Assembly (NCBI RefSeq): GCF_009914755.1
Contig: NC_060945.1
Length of the DNA: 64,000 nucleotides
Direction: 5' to 3' (one strand)
Source: the human T2T-CHM13v2.0 reference genome, Homo sapiens
This document shows, piece by piece, positions 1 to 15,318 of this stretch. The translations under genes and the position numbers were made by a program. The notes under the pieces were generated by a model. The model was not told the origin of the DNA. It did not search any database and saw nothing but the letters and a program-made list of their open reading frames with translations. Numbering within the stretch: the first letter of the stretch is position 1; each line of letters starts with the position of its first letter.

Positions 1-425
1 TAAGAACGAATATAAATCTTAGCCATGATTTATTCATATCTTCCTCAGTTAATCTTATGACACAAAGAAAGAATAATTATTATATATAAGTCAGAATGTA
101 TGCAACTGGAATATAAGTTTACATAAAACTTCTGAATTTAAAGAAATGATGAACTGGTTTACAATGTAAATGGGAATAATAACTGTGGTAAGAATATAAC
201 ATGTCTTACAAGAAAAGCGCTGGACCACATGGTCTCAAGGATGTCATTGTCCGAGATACATGAGTTTATGACCCTTACTAAAATATATTTTATGTTCTTC
301 AGCAAGAGTACTAAATTTCAGGAAACAAACACAATTATTTAGATTTTATTTTCTAATTTTGGGGACTGTAACTAATAATGTTATCAGTAGAAATTTGAAG
401 AAAATAACACATCTCTATTTTTTAG

Positions 426-572
426 GTGTCCCTGGCAACCTTGTGTGTCTATTTCTTACTGGATGAAGGAAACATTTTAACAGCCACTAAAGTGTTCACA
501 TCGATGTCTTTGTTTAATATTTTAAGGATTCCTCTGTTTGAGTTACCAACCGTGATCTCAGCTGTGGTCCAG
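426..572 (+). pseudogene. ABCC13: Exon A (147 nt): end of TMD1, VSLATLCVYFLLDEGNILTATKVFTSMSLFNILRIPLFELPTVISAVVQ
   Basis: tttag|GTG acceptor, CAG|gtacat donor, phase 0/0; MRP-like 'FNILR.PL' motif. Confidence 0.93.
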
Positions 573-1967
573 GTACATACAGAATACCTTAAACTAGGAA
601 TTATTCCTTTACTGGAGTCTATGGTTTGTGACATTTTATTTCTTTGTCTTTTTAATTTTATTTTATTTCACTTTATGTAGTTGTTTAACACTGCATTCAA
701 AATTAGTTTTCCTGAATTAAGGAATAATAGAGAACATTATAGAATAAAAAGAATCATGTCTTCCTTGCTTGTGCTTTTTTTCCATCAAAGTGACTTTTAA
801 ATATTTCAATATGTTATTTTGTTTTCTTGTTAAGTGTTAGATTCTCTACTTAGCATTTTTAAAGCTGGTGTTAGCCACTGTGCCATTACAGGATTCATTT
901 CCTGTTTCCAACGGAAAAGTTATAATTAGGTGCTTTGTATGAAACTAGATCGAATGTTTTCCCAGGGTTCAGCAGCATTTCATCTATACTGAATGAATAA
1001 GCAGGGAGACAAGCACATTGATAATATCAGTCAGCCAACAAGCCAAGTGTGAGATGTCTGGGTCAGCCTGCTTTTAGTTGTAATCTCCAGTTCCTGGAGG
1101 CTGTTTAGATGCTAGATACAATGAGTAGATGGTTGCTAAAGCCACAGGAAACCCAGAAAAGTTCCTTGATCCTTTTGCCCTGAGATTTATGGTTACATTT
1201 TTTGGATGTCAGGTTTGGCCATCCTCCATTCAATTATTTTCCTCAAGTCTGGATTCATAAACAAAGTGAATATTTGCTTATTGGAATCATCCTTTAATCT
1301 AAGAACTTTACTCTTTAAAAAAATATTATTTGAATAAGGAGTAACATAATTGAATAGTAAAAACCAATTAAGCTATTTTTGTTACATCTTTTTCATGTTA
1401 TTTTTCTTAAAATAACCAACAGAGGGCATAGAAGAACCGCTGATGTGATGCTTTTAGCATTTGATTTCATAGCACGCTTCTCATAAAGAAAATGTCAGTT
1501 CTTAGAGTAACAGTTTGGTTCTAGTTTTGAAATTAGAATCTAGCTAAAGGTCCGATATCAAAGCCTTTTCCAATTGCTAGCAGTACTCTGCTACCTTCAT
1601 TTAAGGAGACCATTTTTCCAAAATGGAAAAAAAAGAAAAAGCTAACTGTATGTTCTGATTTGACACACTTGGTAAACAAAACTACAGCCCAATTACATCT
1701 TATGTGTTAACGATACAAGTCCCCTAGCACAAAGTAAATAAAAATGTACTAGAAATTGTATGTAAGTCAGTTTTCAGAAAACAATGTAATTTTATTTATC
1801 CTAATGTAGCCAAACATTTTATAGCTATTTTACTATATTACTATTTCCTATTTCACTATAATTGAATGTTATTATTATCAACATTATAGTTTTGTTTATC
1901 ATCAGTAGCAGAATTCACTCACCGATCTTAAAGTTGCTTTTAAAGCCTTATTTTTCTGTATTACAAG

Positions 1968-2790
1968 AAAATATCACCCTACACCTGTTAGGATGGCTAT
2001 TATCAAAAAGTCAAAGAATAACAAATGTTGGCAAGGATGTCAAGAGAAGGGAACCCTTGTGTACTGTTGGTGGGAACATAAATTGGTACATCCGTTATGG
2101 AAAACAGTATGGAAGTTCCTCAAAAAATTCAAAATAGAACTACCATACGAGATAGAAATCCCACTTATGGGAAAATATCCAAGGGAAATAAAATTACTAT
2201 GTTGAAAAGATATATGCACTCCCATGTTCATTACAGCATTATCAGGAGCCAAGATATAGAAACAACCTAAGTGGCTATTGGCAGAAAAATTGATAAAGAA
2301 AATATACAAACAATATAATATTATTCAACATGGCAGAATATTATACTAAGTGAAATAAACTAGGCACAAAGAGACAAATACTCTGTTATCTCACTTATAT
2401 GTGAAATCTAAAAAAGTCTAACTTACGGAAGCAGAGTGAAGAAAAGTGCTTATTAAGGCTCAAGGGTGACATTGGGGTGGGGTGAGGTGAATGAGATGTT
2501 GATCAAAGATTACAAACTTCCAGTTATAAGATGAATATGTTCTGGAGACCTAATGTACAGCGTGGTGACTATGGCTAATGATAGTGTATTGTATACTTGA
2601 AAATTGCTAAGAGAGTAGATGTTAGGTATTCATATACACAGGAAAATAAAGGTGCCTACGGGAGGTGATACATAATCTAATTAGCTTGATTGTGGTAATC
2701 ATTTCAAAATGTGCATGTATATAAAAAAAGTTGTATACCTTAAATATGTATAATTTTTCTCAATTATACCTCAAAGAAGTTGGGAAAAAA
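1968..2790 (+). mobile_element. Old L1M (L1MA-type) 3' fragment
   Basis: ORF2 C-terminal remnant MAIIKKSKNNKCWQGC...[20 protein letters not shown] followed by L1MA-like 3'UTR and short A tail. Confidence 0.85.
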
Positions 2791-3100
2791 TCAATCTTTC
2801 TATAATAATTAAGAGTTATTATGGCTTTTCTAGAATAATAAATAAGATTTTCATTTCTTTTTCTTATAACTTTCTGCATAGATGACATTAGCTTTGATCT
2901 TTGATTCTTGAAACTGCCCTTTGTCTTTAGAAATGAATGTATTTATAACATTAAATCAATTCAAACTATGCTTGCTATATTTATCTCAATATCTTTAATT
3001 TGCGTAAAAATTCTACTTAGCCTGTAAAACGTAGTAAACATTTTTTAGTTTAAATTCTACTTGAACCCCAGATAAATTCCATCTGTGCTTATTTTGATAG

Positions 3101-3185
3101 ACAAAGATATCCCTGGGCCGTTTGGAAGACTTTCTCAACACTGAGGAGCTTCTTCCTCAAAGTATTGAAACGAACTATACAGGAG
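3101..3185 (+). pseudogene. ABCC13: Exon B (85 nt): TKISLGRLEDFLNTEELLPQSIETNYTG
   Basis: gatag|ACA acceptor, GAG|gtcagc donor; MRP 'S..RL..FL..EEL' motif. Confidence 0.92.
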
Positions 3186-3282
3186 GTCAGCACTTCCTCT
3201 TTTCATTCATTACTTATTTGACTTCTGGGTTGAAGGTAATTGGTTCTAAAATGCATCATTGTATATTTTTTTTCTTCCTTAG

Positions 3283-3349
3283 ATCATGCTATTGGGTTTA
3301 CAGATGCTTCTTTCTCCTGGGATAAAACAGGAATGCCAGTTCTAAAAGA
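3283..3349 (+). pseudogene. ABCC13: Exon C (67 nt): DHAIGFTDASFSWDKTGMPVLK
   Basis: cttccttag|AT acceptor, AGA|gtaagt donor; NBD1 A-loop 'ASFSW'. Confidence 0.92.
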
Positions 3350-3606
3350 GTAAGTCGTGGTTTGGTGAATTTTTTTTAATGTTAATATTGGGTTCTAAAA
3401 TGCTCCATATTTTTATTTCTTAGAGGTTTTTAATAAGATTAATATACTGAAATTAACCTCTCATTTTACCTTTCATTTTCGTGGTGATTTTGCTGTCCTT
3501 TTTTCTATTGTTTCTTCTGTCTGCAGCACTTTATTGTTCATTCGTTTGCATTTTGGAAGGGTAGGTGTTTGTAGAAAAAGGTGAAAAGCAACAATTTCAG
3601 CGATGA

Positions 3607-3838
<232 letters not shown>

Positions 3839-6649
3839 AAATACATTCTTTCAACATCTTCTAATGTAACAAGCTATAGCCAACTTGTCATTAGTGTCAA
3901 TAAGAATTTATCAAGTTGAATTGAAGATGCAAGCATTTAATGGGCATTTCTAGTTTATAAGAAACATTTCAATTTCCATAGAAATTGATGAATGATGGGT
4001 AGATTAATGACAGAATTCTGTTCTCCAAATACTTCAGCAAATCATTTATAAATGCTTATGGTAATTGTTTGATGATATTAACTGAATTGCAACCAATTAT
4101 AGAGAAAAGAATGTGATTTATATTGTAATTTGATTAGGTTTCTATGTATTATTCAGCAAGGTTCCCTAAGTAATTACAGCCATTTCATTTCTAAGAAGTC
4201 TTGCAGCCAGTCTCGGGTAGGATCTTTGACCAAAAAGAAACTTCAGAAAAATAAAGTTATTAATAACTTACATTTAAGATTCAGCATTAGGACCACGAAG
4301 AGGTCTACACTTGACTAATTGTTCTATTCTTAAAGGTCAATAAGAATAAGAATTGAACAAGTTCTTAATCAGCTTTCTCTTTTTGAAACAGTAGACTACC
4401 CGGTGAGTTTTTCCTTACGTGTAATCAACTCTTAGGTAAAATACTAAGTAGCCCATCTTTTCTTCTTACCTGTGACAAGATGAATAAGCTCTGTGTATCC
4501 TGAGATCAGTATCTCTTCACTCTGTTATTTTTTCTTTCCTCTCTGGGAAAAATCAACTCTAACTCCTTTTATTTTTCCTCATATATTTCTTTATACTCTT
4601 ACATCTTTCCTGATTCCAGTCCTTTAGTGACTAAATTTTTGTTATTCTCTTTTATCTCGGCATGACCGTTACCTAGTCTAGGGCCAAATATGATTCCTAT
4701 GACTTTTTCTAATAAAATTGCACTTAATGAACACCACTATTTTTAAGCCTTAAATATACTATCTTTGTAGCACTATGCTGTTTGTAGCAATTGCAATTAG
4801 CCATTTCTCTGCAGTTCAAGATAGCTGTACCTTTTACTTGGGTGTACATTACAAACATAATGAGTGTCATATTAATTTTATTTTTATTTAGTTTTTTCAG
4901 CTATTTTCACTAAGCAGTTACTGAGCCCATGCTATGTACCTAGCACTTTCTGCCAGAGAAGTAAACGTGAATAAGATATGCCCCTCTTCTTTCAAAAGTC
5001 ATAGTCTAGTGAGGGAAATGCAATAATCAATTATAAAAAGGTCTAAATCAGATATAAAAAATGAATTAAAGCAAAAAAACAACAAATTCTGCTTCGAAGA
5101 GTTCGAAAAAGAATCTGAGAGGAGGTCGCTCTTTATCTGATCTTGAAAAATAATTAGAAATTGATAAAGATAAAAATAATGTCAATTCTAGATTTCACCT
5201 AATTCATTAATAATAGTAATAAGCTGAAAAGGCTGGGGTTAGAATTGCATAGGATAATGTGCAAAGACCTAGCCTAGCTCCTCTCTATGAATATGTATGA
5301 TGATCATCATCTTTATTACGATTGTTGAGGCTCTCATAATAAGATTTAAAGATTATTTCTGATATCTTTGAATGTTTTTAATTAAGAAGGTGTTCCTAGT
5401 GATGAAAGAAACTGTAATAATGCCATTATTAGTGATAAAACAGAGAGGATATTCTTTGTTTATATTAAATTACAGATGCCCAAGTAAAAAGATATTATCT
5501 GTTTTTATAACTGGTCATTGGCCTTCAGGAAGATTTTGACCTGGATAAATGGCAGGATTTGAAGTATCACACTCTGAATTATTTCCCCAAATATTTTTTA
5601 TTCAGAATTTGTATCATCTTGATTATCTCTATTTAAGTAAAATTAACATTATAGCAGCATTTTCAAAGTGCTTTTGTGTGCACTTTCTATTTTTCGGTTT
5701 TTCAGATGATTACTTTTTTGAGGCATATTTTAATCCACAATGTTCAAACTCTAAGACTGCCTATTATCGCTAAACTTTCTCTGTAGATTCCCTACTCTTC
5801 TCAGTATCAAAAGCTCACACCAGGCACCGTTCATGAAAAGTATTCAGTATTCAGTGTTCTGTGGTAGAAACATCAGAGATATGGAGACCATTTTTGAATT
5901 CACAAAACTTCTATTATAGGTTCATTATTAAGAATGAAACAAAATGTTTTCATTTGTATGTGAAAGGAAATAATAAAAAAGAACATTTACATCTCTGTGA
6001 AAATTGATCAACTCTTTTTCAACTGTTTTAATACCAATGAAAGGCCATACCTCTTAATGTAGTACTTAGTTTCTGTTTTCTCATGTTCTTCAATCTCTTC
6101 TCCTTTGTTTTTTATCCTCTGCACTGCTCAACTTGCTTAATACATAGCAAATATTGAAAATATCTATCAGTCACGTGCTGACTTAATATGCAATTCAAAG
6201 CAAAGTTTAGATTATTCACTTCACAAGGCAATTTGATAACAATTCCTTTTGTGTTCAAGATCAGGTCAGATCAGAATTATATTGTTTTTGATCAAAAGCC
6301 ATTCTGTGTCTTACATACTCAACAAAGAAGAATTATAAGTTAATCTTTCACCTTTAAAGTAGTAGGTAGAAATCAAAAGGCTAATAATGGCTGCACATGT
6401 GTGTATATCAGAAAGTACTTTAAGTGTCTGGTATTGTTACAGAGTGTGGAGTACTTAAAATACTAAATCAATGTTTGGATTGAGTCCATGGGGCAGATTG
6501 AAAGGTAGGCCACTAGTGCAAATACTGTGGGTTCTTTTTCTAGAAAAGAAGGGTTAGTTGAGAAGATATTTTATGCAGCAGACTGTCATATATTTAAAAA
6601 TCATTTCAAGGTATAAAATCATAAAAAATAAATTTGGGATCAGTGGTTA

Positions 6650-7421
6650 ATGTGTAACACACGGAGATTTGCCACCCAGATCCTCCTATTAGTTAAGACT
6701 TCTACAAGTCCCAGCTGTGGGAGTATGAACAGGAAGTCATCTCCTTCAAGGTTGGCCTGGACTTCAGATAGTGACCTGTCCCAGGGTCCCACTTTTGCTC
6801 AGCCTGACTTGGGACAGCTCTGATGACCAATTCTCTTCCATGGCACTCTGGAGGATTGGCCAAAGCTTTCTTGGTTCTGTATCACATCTGCATCTGTGGC
6901 TTCTCCCTCTGCCTAATCTTCCCTCTTCCTTTCCTTCCACAGGGGTTGATCCCAAATAAACAACTTGAGCCCCAAAATCTGATTCAGTGTTATAGACTGA
7001 ATTGTGTTCCCCCAAAATTCATATGTTGAAGTTCTAATTCCCAGTACCTCAGAATGTGACTGTATTTGGACACAAGGTCTCTAAAGAGCTAGTTAAGTTA
7101 AAATAACCTCATTAAGGTGGGTTCTAATTCAATATCACTGGTGTCCTTATAAGAGGAATTAGCATACACACACACACACACACAAAGAGGGAGAGAGAGA
7201 GAGACCATGTGAAACACAAGAAAATTACAATCATCAACAAGCTGAAGAGAGTAGCCTCAGTAGAAATCAACCTTGCTAACACCTGATTTCGGACTTCTAG
7301 CCTCCAGAATTGTGAGAATAAATTTCCATTGTTTAAGCCACCCAGTCCATGGTATGTTGTTATTGCAGCTCTAGCAAACTACCACACTCTGCATCTGCTT
7401 CCAGAGAATACCACTAGAGAC
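6650..7421 (+). mobile_element. ERVL LTR16-like LTR interrupted by an MLT1
   Basis: 'ggggttgatcccaaataaac...' before and 'tctgcttccagagaa...gaca' after the MLT1 resemble the LTR16 3' end. Confidence 0.5.
6988..7386 (+). mobile_element. MaLR MLT1A/B solo LTR containing (CA)n/(GA)n
   Basis: TG...CA termini; 'tgttatagactgaattgtgttcccccaaaattcatatgttgaag' and 'ggacttctagcctccagaattgtgagaataaattt'. Confidence 0.85.
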
Positions 7422-7673
7422 AGATAACTTAGATAGAAGCTACAGTGAAAGTAAATAAGAAGCACAAAGTAACTCATTTGGAGGAAATTCCAATAAAACA
7501 TAAAATATGGTGCCATGATCTATATAATTATATTTATCTATATTAAATTTTTTATTTCTATTTTAAAGCTAAAGAAGGCAAAACCATGAGTTAAATATGT
7601 TCCTTTACTATGGAGCATGCAACTTCTCCTTTTCTCTAGTTAAGAATTTTTTTTTAACCTCTTTCTTTTTTAG

Positions 7674-7862
<189 letters not shown>

Positions 7863-10649
7863 TAATTTATCATGTAAAGAAATATAATCCCATTCAGCTG
7901 TGCTAATAAAATGTTTATGGCCTTTTTCTTGAAGTCTCGAAGAGCTATACAACTATAATTTTAAAAAATTATTATGTGATTCCTATGTAAGAGATGGCAG
8001 TATTAAGGACAAGTAATTATTTATAATTGACTGTTTGGAAAACAGATTAAAAATCAGTCGGAAATTCTGTTGTTAGTATCCACGTGGGGGAATAAAAGCC
8101 CATTAATTAGATCATCATACTTTTGTTTTGGTGGCTGGCACAATGCAGTTCACTTTCTAAAGAGTGACTAATAGTTTTGTTTATTCCTGTATCTCTGGTA
8201 CGCAAAGTCAGGGCTAAAACAGGAGCGAAAGAGCATCAGTCTCCAGCAGTGGCACCCGAGTCCAGATTCTAAAGAAGCTCTGATAACAACACTGTTATGA
8301 ACGTGCCTTCTCCACGTTTGCTCATTCCTGCTTAAGTGGAACTTGTTTCCCAGTCGTCTCTCTTTGTTCTATTTCATTTTCATTGTGTTAGTTAATAGTC
8401 ATTACTCTGCTCAGTGTTTTGGATTTAAAAAATATATATATCACGAGCCGAAGTATGAACCACGAGAGATTATCTCCACCCCCTGACTAAAATCTCCATT
8501 AATTAAACATGAATGCAAAAGTAGCCTCTGCCTACAATTCATGTGTGCCATAAAGATGAATAAATAATCCTTACTGAGTGCTTTGAATCTCTGAAAAGAG
8601 AGCGAGCATACAATTGTTAGACATCTTTACACCTGCCCTCATGTTATCTAATAAGCCCATTATGGAGTTTAATACAAGAAATATATAACAAAATTGTAGA
8701 ACGTAGAAATATATAAAATCCGGGATGAGCCAGAATTTACCTTGTAACTAGAATTACTTCATTTATAATCTATAATGCTACAGATGTATATTCTCAATAG
8801 TATCAAATAGGTTTATTTTTTCCAACCCTTGGATTTCTTCTTGCATCTTCACCATCTCTAAGCAAAGTGATTCCATAGCTAAAAGGCAGAAATGTGAATT
8901 CTTCTTCAAACTTGTTAATACATGTTGAACAAGATGCTGATAAACCCAATCTCTAAAAATATGAAATATCTGATATTTTGTAACTATAAAAAATCTTAAA
9001 AAGGGAAACAAATCCAAACTAAGAAGTATAGATTTAATATAGGCATTGAATGCTATTGCCATTCATAACGTCTTATTTTTATGATTAAATTTATCCCGAT
9101 CTGCATTTGAACTTTACACATGTAATTGAATATTTCAAAATGAAATCTGTTTACAGGTACTTAAGAGACAATAAAGGCAATGACTGTAGACTTTTCCCCT
9201 ACTTGTATTCATCTTTTCTTTTGGTATTCTTCATTTGACCACATTTATTAATTTTTTATATGCCCTTATTCTGCTATGGGGTACACAATGGTGAGTGAGA
9301 GCTCTACCACTCTTCCTTCAAGGGATTTGCAGTCTGGTGGACCTCTGCCAATAATACTAATCAGTTGTCTTTATCAATATTTATGAATCATCTAGCGTTA
9401 GATGCTGGGTGTCGGGAACACAAGGATTAACTAGGTAGGAGCTCATAGGCTAGTGAGAGAGACTGAGATAAATATTGCCAATTCTAGCAATGGAATGAAT
9501 ACACAAAGTGCAGCAAGACAGGAAGGAGGGGAATGAATCACTTCACTTGGGACACCTGATGGAAAGTTGCCTTCAGAAGACATTTCAGTGTGAGTAGCCC
9601 TTAAGTTAAAACAGAAGGATGTGGTCTCCCAAGCAGAGTGAATAGCCTCTTCCCAGTATGAAAGACCAGGTTAGTCTGCTTGGCAAACCACAGTCACTTG
9701 TAGGCAACATTGGGAGAGTGGGTGAAGAGATGAGTTAATGCCAGAATATAAGCATCTTAGATTTATACTAAATAATTTGTTGTTTTTGCTGTTGCTCATG
9801 AGTGATGAAAAGAGGGAGCTGCGGATATCCAAGGTTTTCATGCAAGATGATGACATAATTACAGAAAAGTGATGACAAGGTAGAGGGTGAATTAGAAAGA
9901 AAAGTAACTGGATAATAGCTAATGTTGATTGTATCCATACTGAGTGTTGGATTTTTCCTAAAATTTTTACTCTAATCTTATTGAATGCTCCCAACAAACA
10001 TATGACTTAGGTGCTATTATAAGCATATGCACACACACATATTACATTCCTTCATGTGTGTGTATATAAGTGTGTGAGAGGAGGGTGTATAATGCCTATG
10101 CCCCTTGCTAAAATGTGACCTCCTCATGACAGACTCTGTTTCACTTATCTTTAAATCCCAAGCACTAGCATAGTACTCAAAATATAGTCATACCCAGAAG
10201 ATGTTTGCTGAGTAGGAGAAGGATGAAAAATGCAAAGAGGCAATGGCATTTTATAATTACAGGTCATTGGCTAAGTTCTGTGCTGCACTGAGAGATTTTA
10301 AACCAGATCTGTAAACACTAAATATAAAATAAATCAAGTAAATTGGGCCTGGCTCCATAATTCTTCATACATGGTTGTACGTGTCAACTTTAATTCTCAC
10401 ATGGAGTGATGAATATTCCCTATTCTTGCTTCTTAGAGTTGTACTTTTGCCAACAAGACTTGTACTAATCTTTCTACAGGAGAAAATAGGACATGTTGAT
10501 TACTTCTTTGGTAATTTAGCTATTATTTTCAATTTCCTATGTGTCAATTTAAAAATAATCACTAGGGCCAGTATATGGTTGGCAGCCAAAAGTCTTGTTT
10601 AATATTCTACAGGCACGACTTTTCAGAGTTAGAGATTCGGAAATTCTTT

Positions 10650-10700
10650 TCTCCTTAATCGTTAGCTTCTCCTTAATCGTTAGCATCTCCTTAATCGTTA
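10650..10700. repeat. 18-bp tandem repeat, ~2.8 copies (tctccttaatcgttagcw)
   Basis: Copies start at 10650, 10668 and 10686. Confidence 0.9.
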
Positions 10701-10795
10701 CGAGTAAGCACTTCAGAGAAAGTAGATATATCTTCTAATTTGTGCAAGTTAGTAATGCTAGGAAACGAGATGGGGCTAGGACTGGAAAGTCGTAG

Positions 10796-11185
<390 letters not shown>

Positions 11186-12202
11186 TGAAGCAAAGTAGTC
11201 ACATTTCACATGAAAAAAATGGGATGCTCAGATTGCAATTTCACAGGCAAATGTCAATGGGTAATTTTTGAAGTTTTACTTACAAGTTTACTCTGGTGAC
11301 AATTTATGTGATTGTTATCTCTTCATCTAATACCATATCCTAAGGGGATGTATGTGCCATAATGAATTGTTGTTGACTCAAGTGATTTTTACAATGGTAT
11401 TTTGGTGCACACCAAAATATTAATAAAATTTTATATTATTAACATAGCAATTTGACATTATTATCACAGCAATCATAGTGATTCAGCTGTTTTGTTAAAG
11501 GGCCAAGAAGATGAAAATTAGTGTTTACCAGTACATGCCATATTTCACAGGGTAAATTAGTTCAATCCCTATTTCACACATAAAGGAGCTCAGGGCTCAC
11601 AATGACTTGATATAGGTTGCTCAACTTAAGAACAATAGAGATTTTTAAAAGTATGTCTGACTCCAAAGCCACATTCTTCATAATATGTGTTTATGGAATT
11701 ATTAATATAGAGAACTTTGAAAATATATGTATAAAATTATAAAATATATGTCTCAGTAAAAATAAACAAACATCTTTATATATTGACATAAACCCAAGAT
11801 TAAAAATGTCACACTTAATTGTATGTATATGTATAAAATAATATGAATGATTTAAAAATAAGGACTATGAATTATGACTTGGATTAAACACTTTTTTGTA
11901 ATGGTACTGTATATTTAAAAATAAGCAAGAATGACATATATGAAATTGTTTTAAATTTGCAATTAAATTGATTCATTTCTAATGAACGAAAAAATACCCG
12001 AACTAAAGTGTTAAAAATCACATTTAGAAACTATTTTCTCATCTAGCAGCATGTCATTATTCCTTGTAAAATACATAGATGCTGCCTTAAACTGGCACCT
12101 ACCAAAAATCATACTCTGAAATAGTAAAGGAAAAAAGTCATTGTAGCTTTTTTTAAAAAGCCATTTTTCGTAATCTCTGAGATAAAACACTTTGTTTTTC
12201 AG

Positions 12203-12365
12203 ACTCATATTTTAGTGACACACAATCTCACACTTCTGCCACAAATGAATCTTATTGTTGTAATGAAAAGTGGCAGAATAGCTCAAATGGGAATATACCA
12301 GGAGCTGCTGTGTAAAACCAAAAATCTCACTAATTTGCACCAAGTCATCAGTGAACAAGAAAAAG
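12203..12365 (+). pseudogene. ABCC13: Exon G (163 nt): NBD1 H-loop THILVTHNLTLLPQMN...QELL
   Basis: tttttcag|ACT acceptor, AAG|gtaagg donor. Confidence 0.92.
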
Positions 12366-15318
12366 GTAAGGACACAATAAAAAATAAGATACAGTATACG
12401 TACCCATTTTGAAAGTTCATTAATTGCGTAATTTCATGCTATAAATTTTCATTCATCCTGCTTAAGTCAGGGGCGGGGCACCTTCCTTTCCTTGGGAAAG
12501 AAGCAAATACAATGAGACACATCAGTTAAATCAAACTCATTTGTGATTTTTAAGGAAAGTTTTAAGTTCCCTGGGGCCTGTTTATTCATTTATGAAATAA
12601 GAAATTAGATTACTTATAAACTCTAGTCCAAGTCGAGAACATAATCACTCTAAACATTATATCTACTTTTCAGTTAAGAACAGGGAACATACATGTGAAA
12701 TAAATAATAAATATTTTAAACATCTAGATATAATATAGCACATTGAGGAAGAGAAAACAAAAGAAAGAAATTGGGAAAGGCAAAAGGGATCGATGTTTGC
12801 TCAACTTTTAAGAATTAACTATTTATTTAGTTTTATTTATCAATTTTTGTTACTCTAGCCCTAGAATATTAAATTAAGATGTATGGACATTTTAAAATAA
12901 AATAAGTGGTTTGATCCTTATCCAATGTGTAAGATGCAAGAATGTCTGATATCCAGCATTATCCTAAAGTTGGGTAATGTACCATCATCTCTTTTTACAG
13001 CTGTAGATGGTTTGTCATGTAGAGACCATCATATTTTTTCCTGTACTTTTCTAGATCCTTTTCCTATACCTTTCCAGAGCAGCGCAGCAAACTAACTGTA
13101 AAACCAGTTAACTATTTCATAATTTCAAGATAAAAGAAGAAATATAGAACTATGTCTCATTATTTTCTACATGAACTAGTATCCATTAGCTCACCTGACA
13201 CTTGTCCTGGATATAAAGTCCTAAAAATATGAAGTTGGTTTATAACAAGATCAGTACAATTTATTATTTTAATGCCATGAAATTCAACAACAAAGTCATT
13301 TTGTTGATGTTTCTCTTTTGGACCTAAGCTAACGCACATTAGTTTTGTAGTACTATTTTTAAAATTCCTTGTTTTTCCACCTTTCTCATATTACAAATAT
13401 TCTATTTGCAAAATTATTTGGTGCATTGTCAGATGACTGTTGGCATCCTTAACAAAAGAACTTCCTCTTTTCTTAACGTCTAGCACTTTGGAAATGATTC
13501 CTTGCCTTCTCAGAAAGGTTAAGTAGTAATTTATGCTTCTTGTGTAGAAAACAGATGTCTAGGAGTGCCTCCTAGACTAGGAGAAGCATGGAGTCTGTCA
13601 TTTCTCTATCCCTGTCACTTAGGTAGCCTCATGCTAGGCAAATTACAGGCACTCAGTAGCTGTTTGTTAAACAGATGAATCTGAAATGTATCTATCCCCT
13701 CAGGAGTTAACAAGGTGCTATGGAATGCTATGAGCCAGTGTCTTTCTTGTGTGTGTGGCCATTTATTTTAAAGGTCACATGAAATATAGATTGAATGACT
13801 TTAGAAAATATAGTTCCAAAAGTAGGCAGAGTGTAAGCTTTAAGTTAAATATGTAATTTGCCATAAAATATAAACAGTATGTCTTTTGAAACCTGTGGAA
13901 TTTGCTGTTGTTTAAATATCCAATTTTGGAAACAGAAATCCCACCTTTTCTGCATTTGTATAATTTTTTTAGGTACAAGTGCCCTCTACTGTAGCAGAAT
14001 AAAAGCAGTAATATTCTTAAAGTTGGACTGATAGATGTTAATAGATCTCTATTAATAGATGTTACCAACTCACAATCAGAAATTTGCCAGAGTTAGAAAA
14101 ATGTAACTTTAACTTCTTTCTAATTACCTCAATATTTCTGTCTTTTCCATGACAATCAGAAAGGTGGAAAGTAGAGAAAATTTTTATGCCAGAAATAGAA
14201 TGTGTTATTAAAAGTGAATATTCTGGAATTTTGATTTTTTGAATGCTGGATAAAAAATACATAAAGACTTATACTCACAATAAAAACTAGATAACTAGAT
14301 CAAGAGATAATCTGTAAAAGATTAGCTCTATAGAGTATGATTTCCTTAGCCACTGTAGGGAGCAAGACAAAAATGGATTTTGATATCAAACACTACATTA
14401 AATAATAGCTTACATTCAGCATGATGTCCTGCAATGCTGCCCCCTAAACCTGGGCCAAATGAACCTGGCCCTGTACTTCATGCTTTAGTCAGTTCCCACT
14501 CTAGCCTTCCCTGCATGGCTCTCTGCCTAGGAGTGTCCTCCCCATTTCCTGCTTCTTGACCATCTAGGTACTCAGGTCCCAGAATTCTCTGCTCAAATGA
14601 TGGAAGCTTGTTCCTGGGACCTGGGTTCTCATTCCTCAGGTTTGTTCTCTCATGGACAGACTGCCCTGTGGCATGCATCATTCTTTGGCCTGAGGATGTT
14701 TCTCTTGCAGGTGGGAGAGTGGGAAGAGTCTGGACGTGGCAGCTGAGGTATCTGCAGATGTACAGAGCTTCTGAGAGTGCAAAGTGGAGCTTGGGAGGGG
14801 GAGAAGAGCAGCAAAAGCCTTGGCTGAGACTGACTCATCAAGGACTGCCATGTCCCCCAGAGGAAGTCTCAGGAATCCAGACATTCTCATCAGATCCTTG
14901 CCTTCCAGGTGGCTTGGAAGGTGTATTGGTCAGAGAAAGCAATATAATTTGAGTCTTTTAGTTCCATCAATGACTTTTAAATAATTGGAAATGCAACATG
15001 TGAGCCTTTATTTGCATTCTTGCTCTGGTTCCACAGATTTTAGGTGCAAGTCTGTCCCTGTGGGGAATTTCTTTCTGTTATTTGCATAAATATCAAGGGA
15101 AATTAGATTCTGTTTGAGCACACTTTTGCTGAGATTTAGGGGAAAGAAATTACCTGGCAGAGAGTAGGATGTAAGAGGTGTAATCACTCTGTGATCTTTC
15201 ATTTATTTATTATAATTCACTCTTTTTGGTCTTGAGTCTGTTCAAAAATTCTTTTAAAAGGTACACAATTCTTCAGTTTCAAAATTCTAGTTGTTTATGT
15301 GTCACTACAATGGGAGTG

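Noticed and set aside
10650-10700. Short direct repeats resembling a CRISPR array
   Set aside because: No spacers, under 3 copies, primate intron; a simple minisatellite.
14430-14990. GC-richer patch with several overlapping 60-114 aa ORFs
   Set aside because: No recognisable protein motif or fitting splice phases; probably an old LTR I could not assign.
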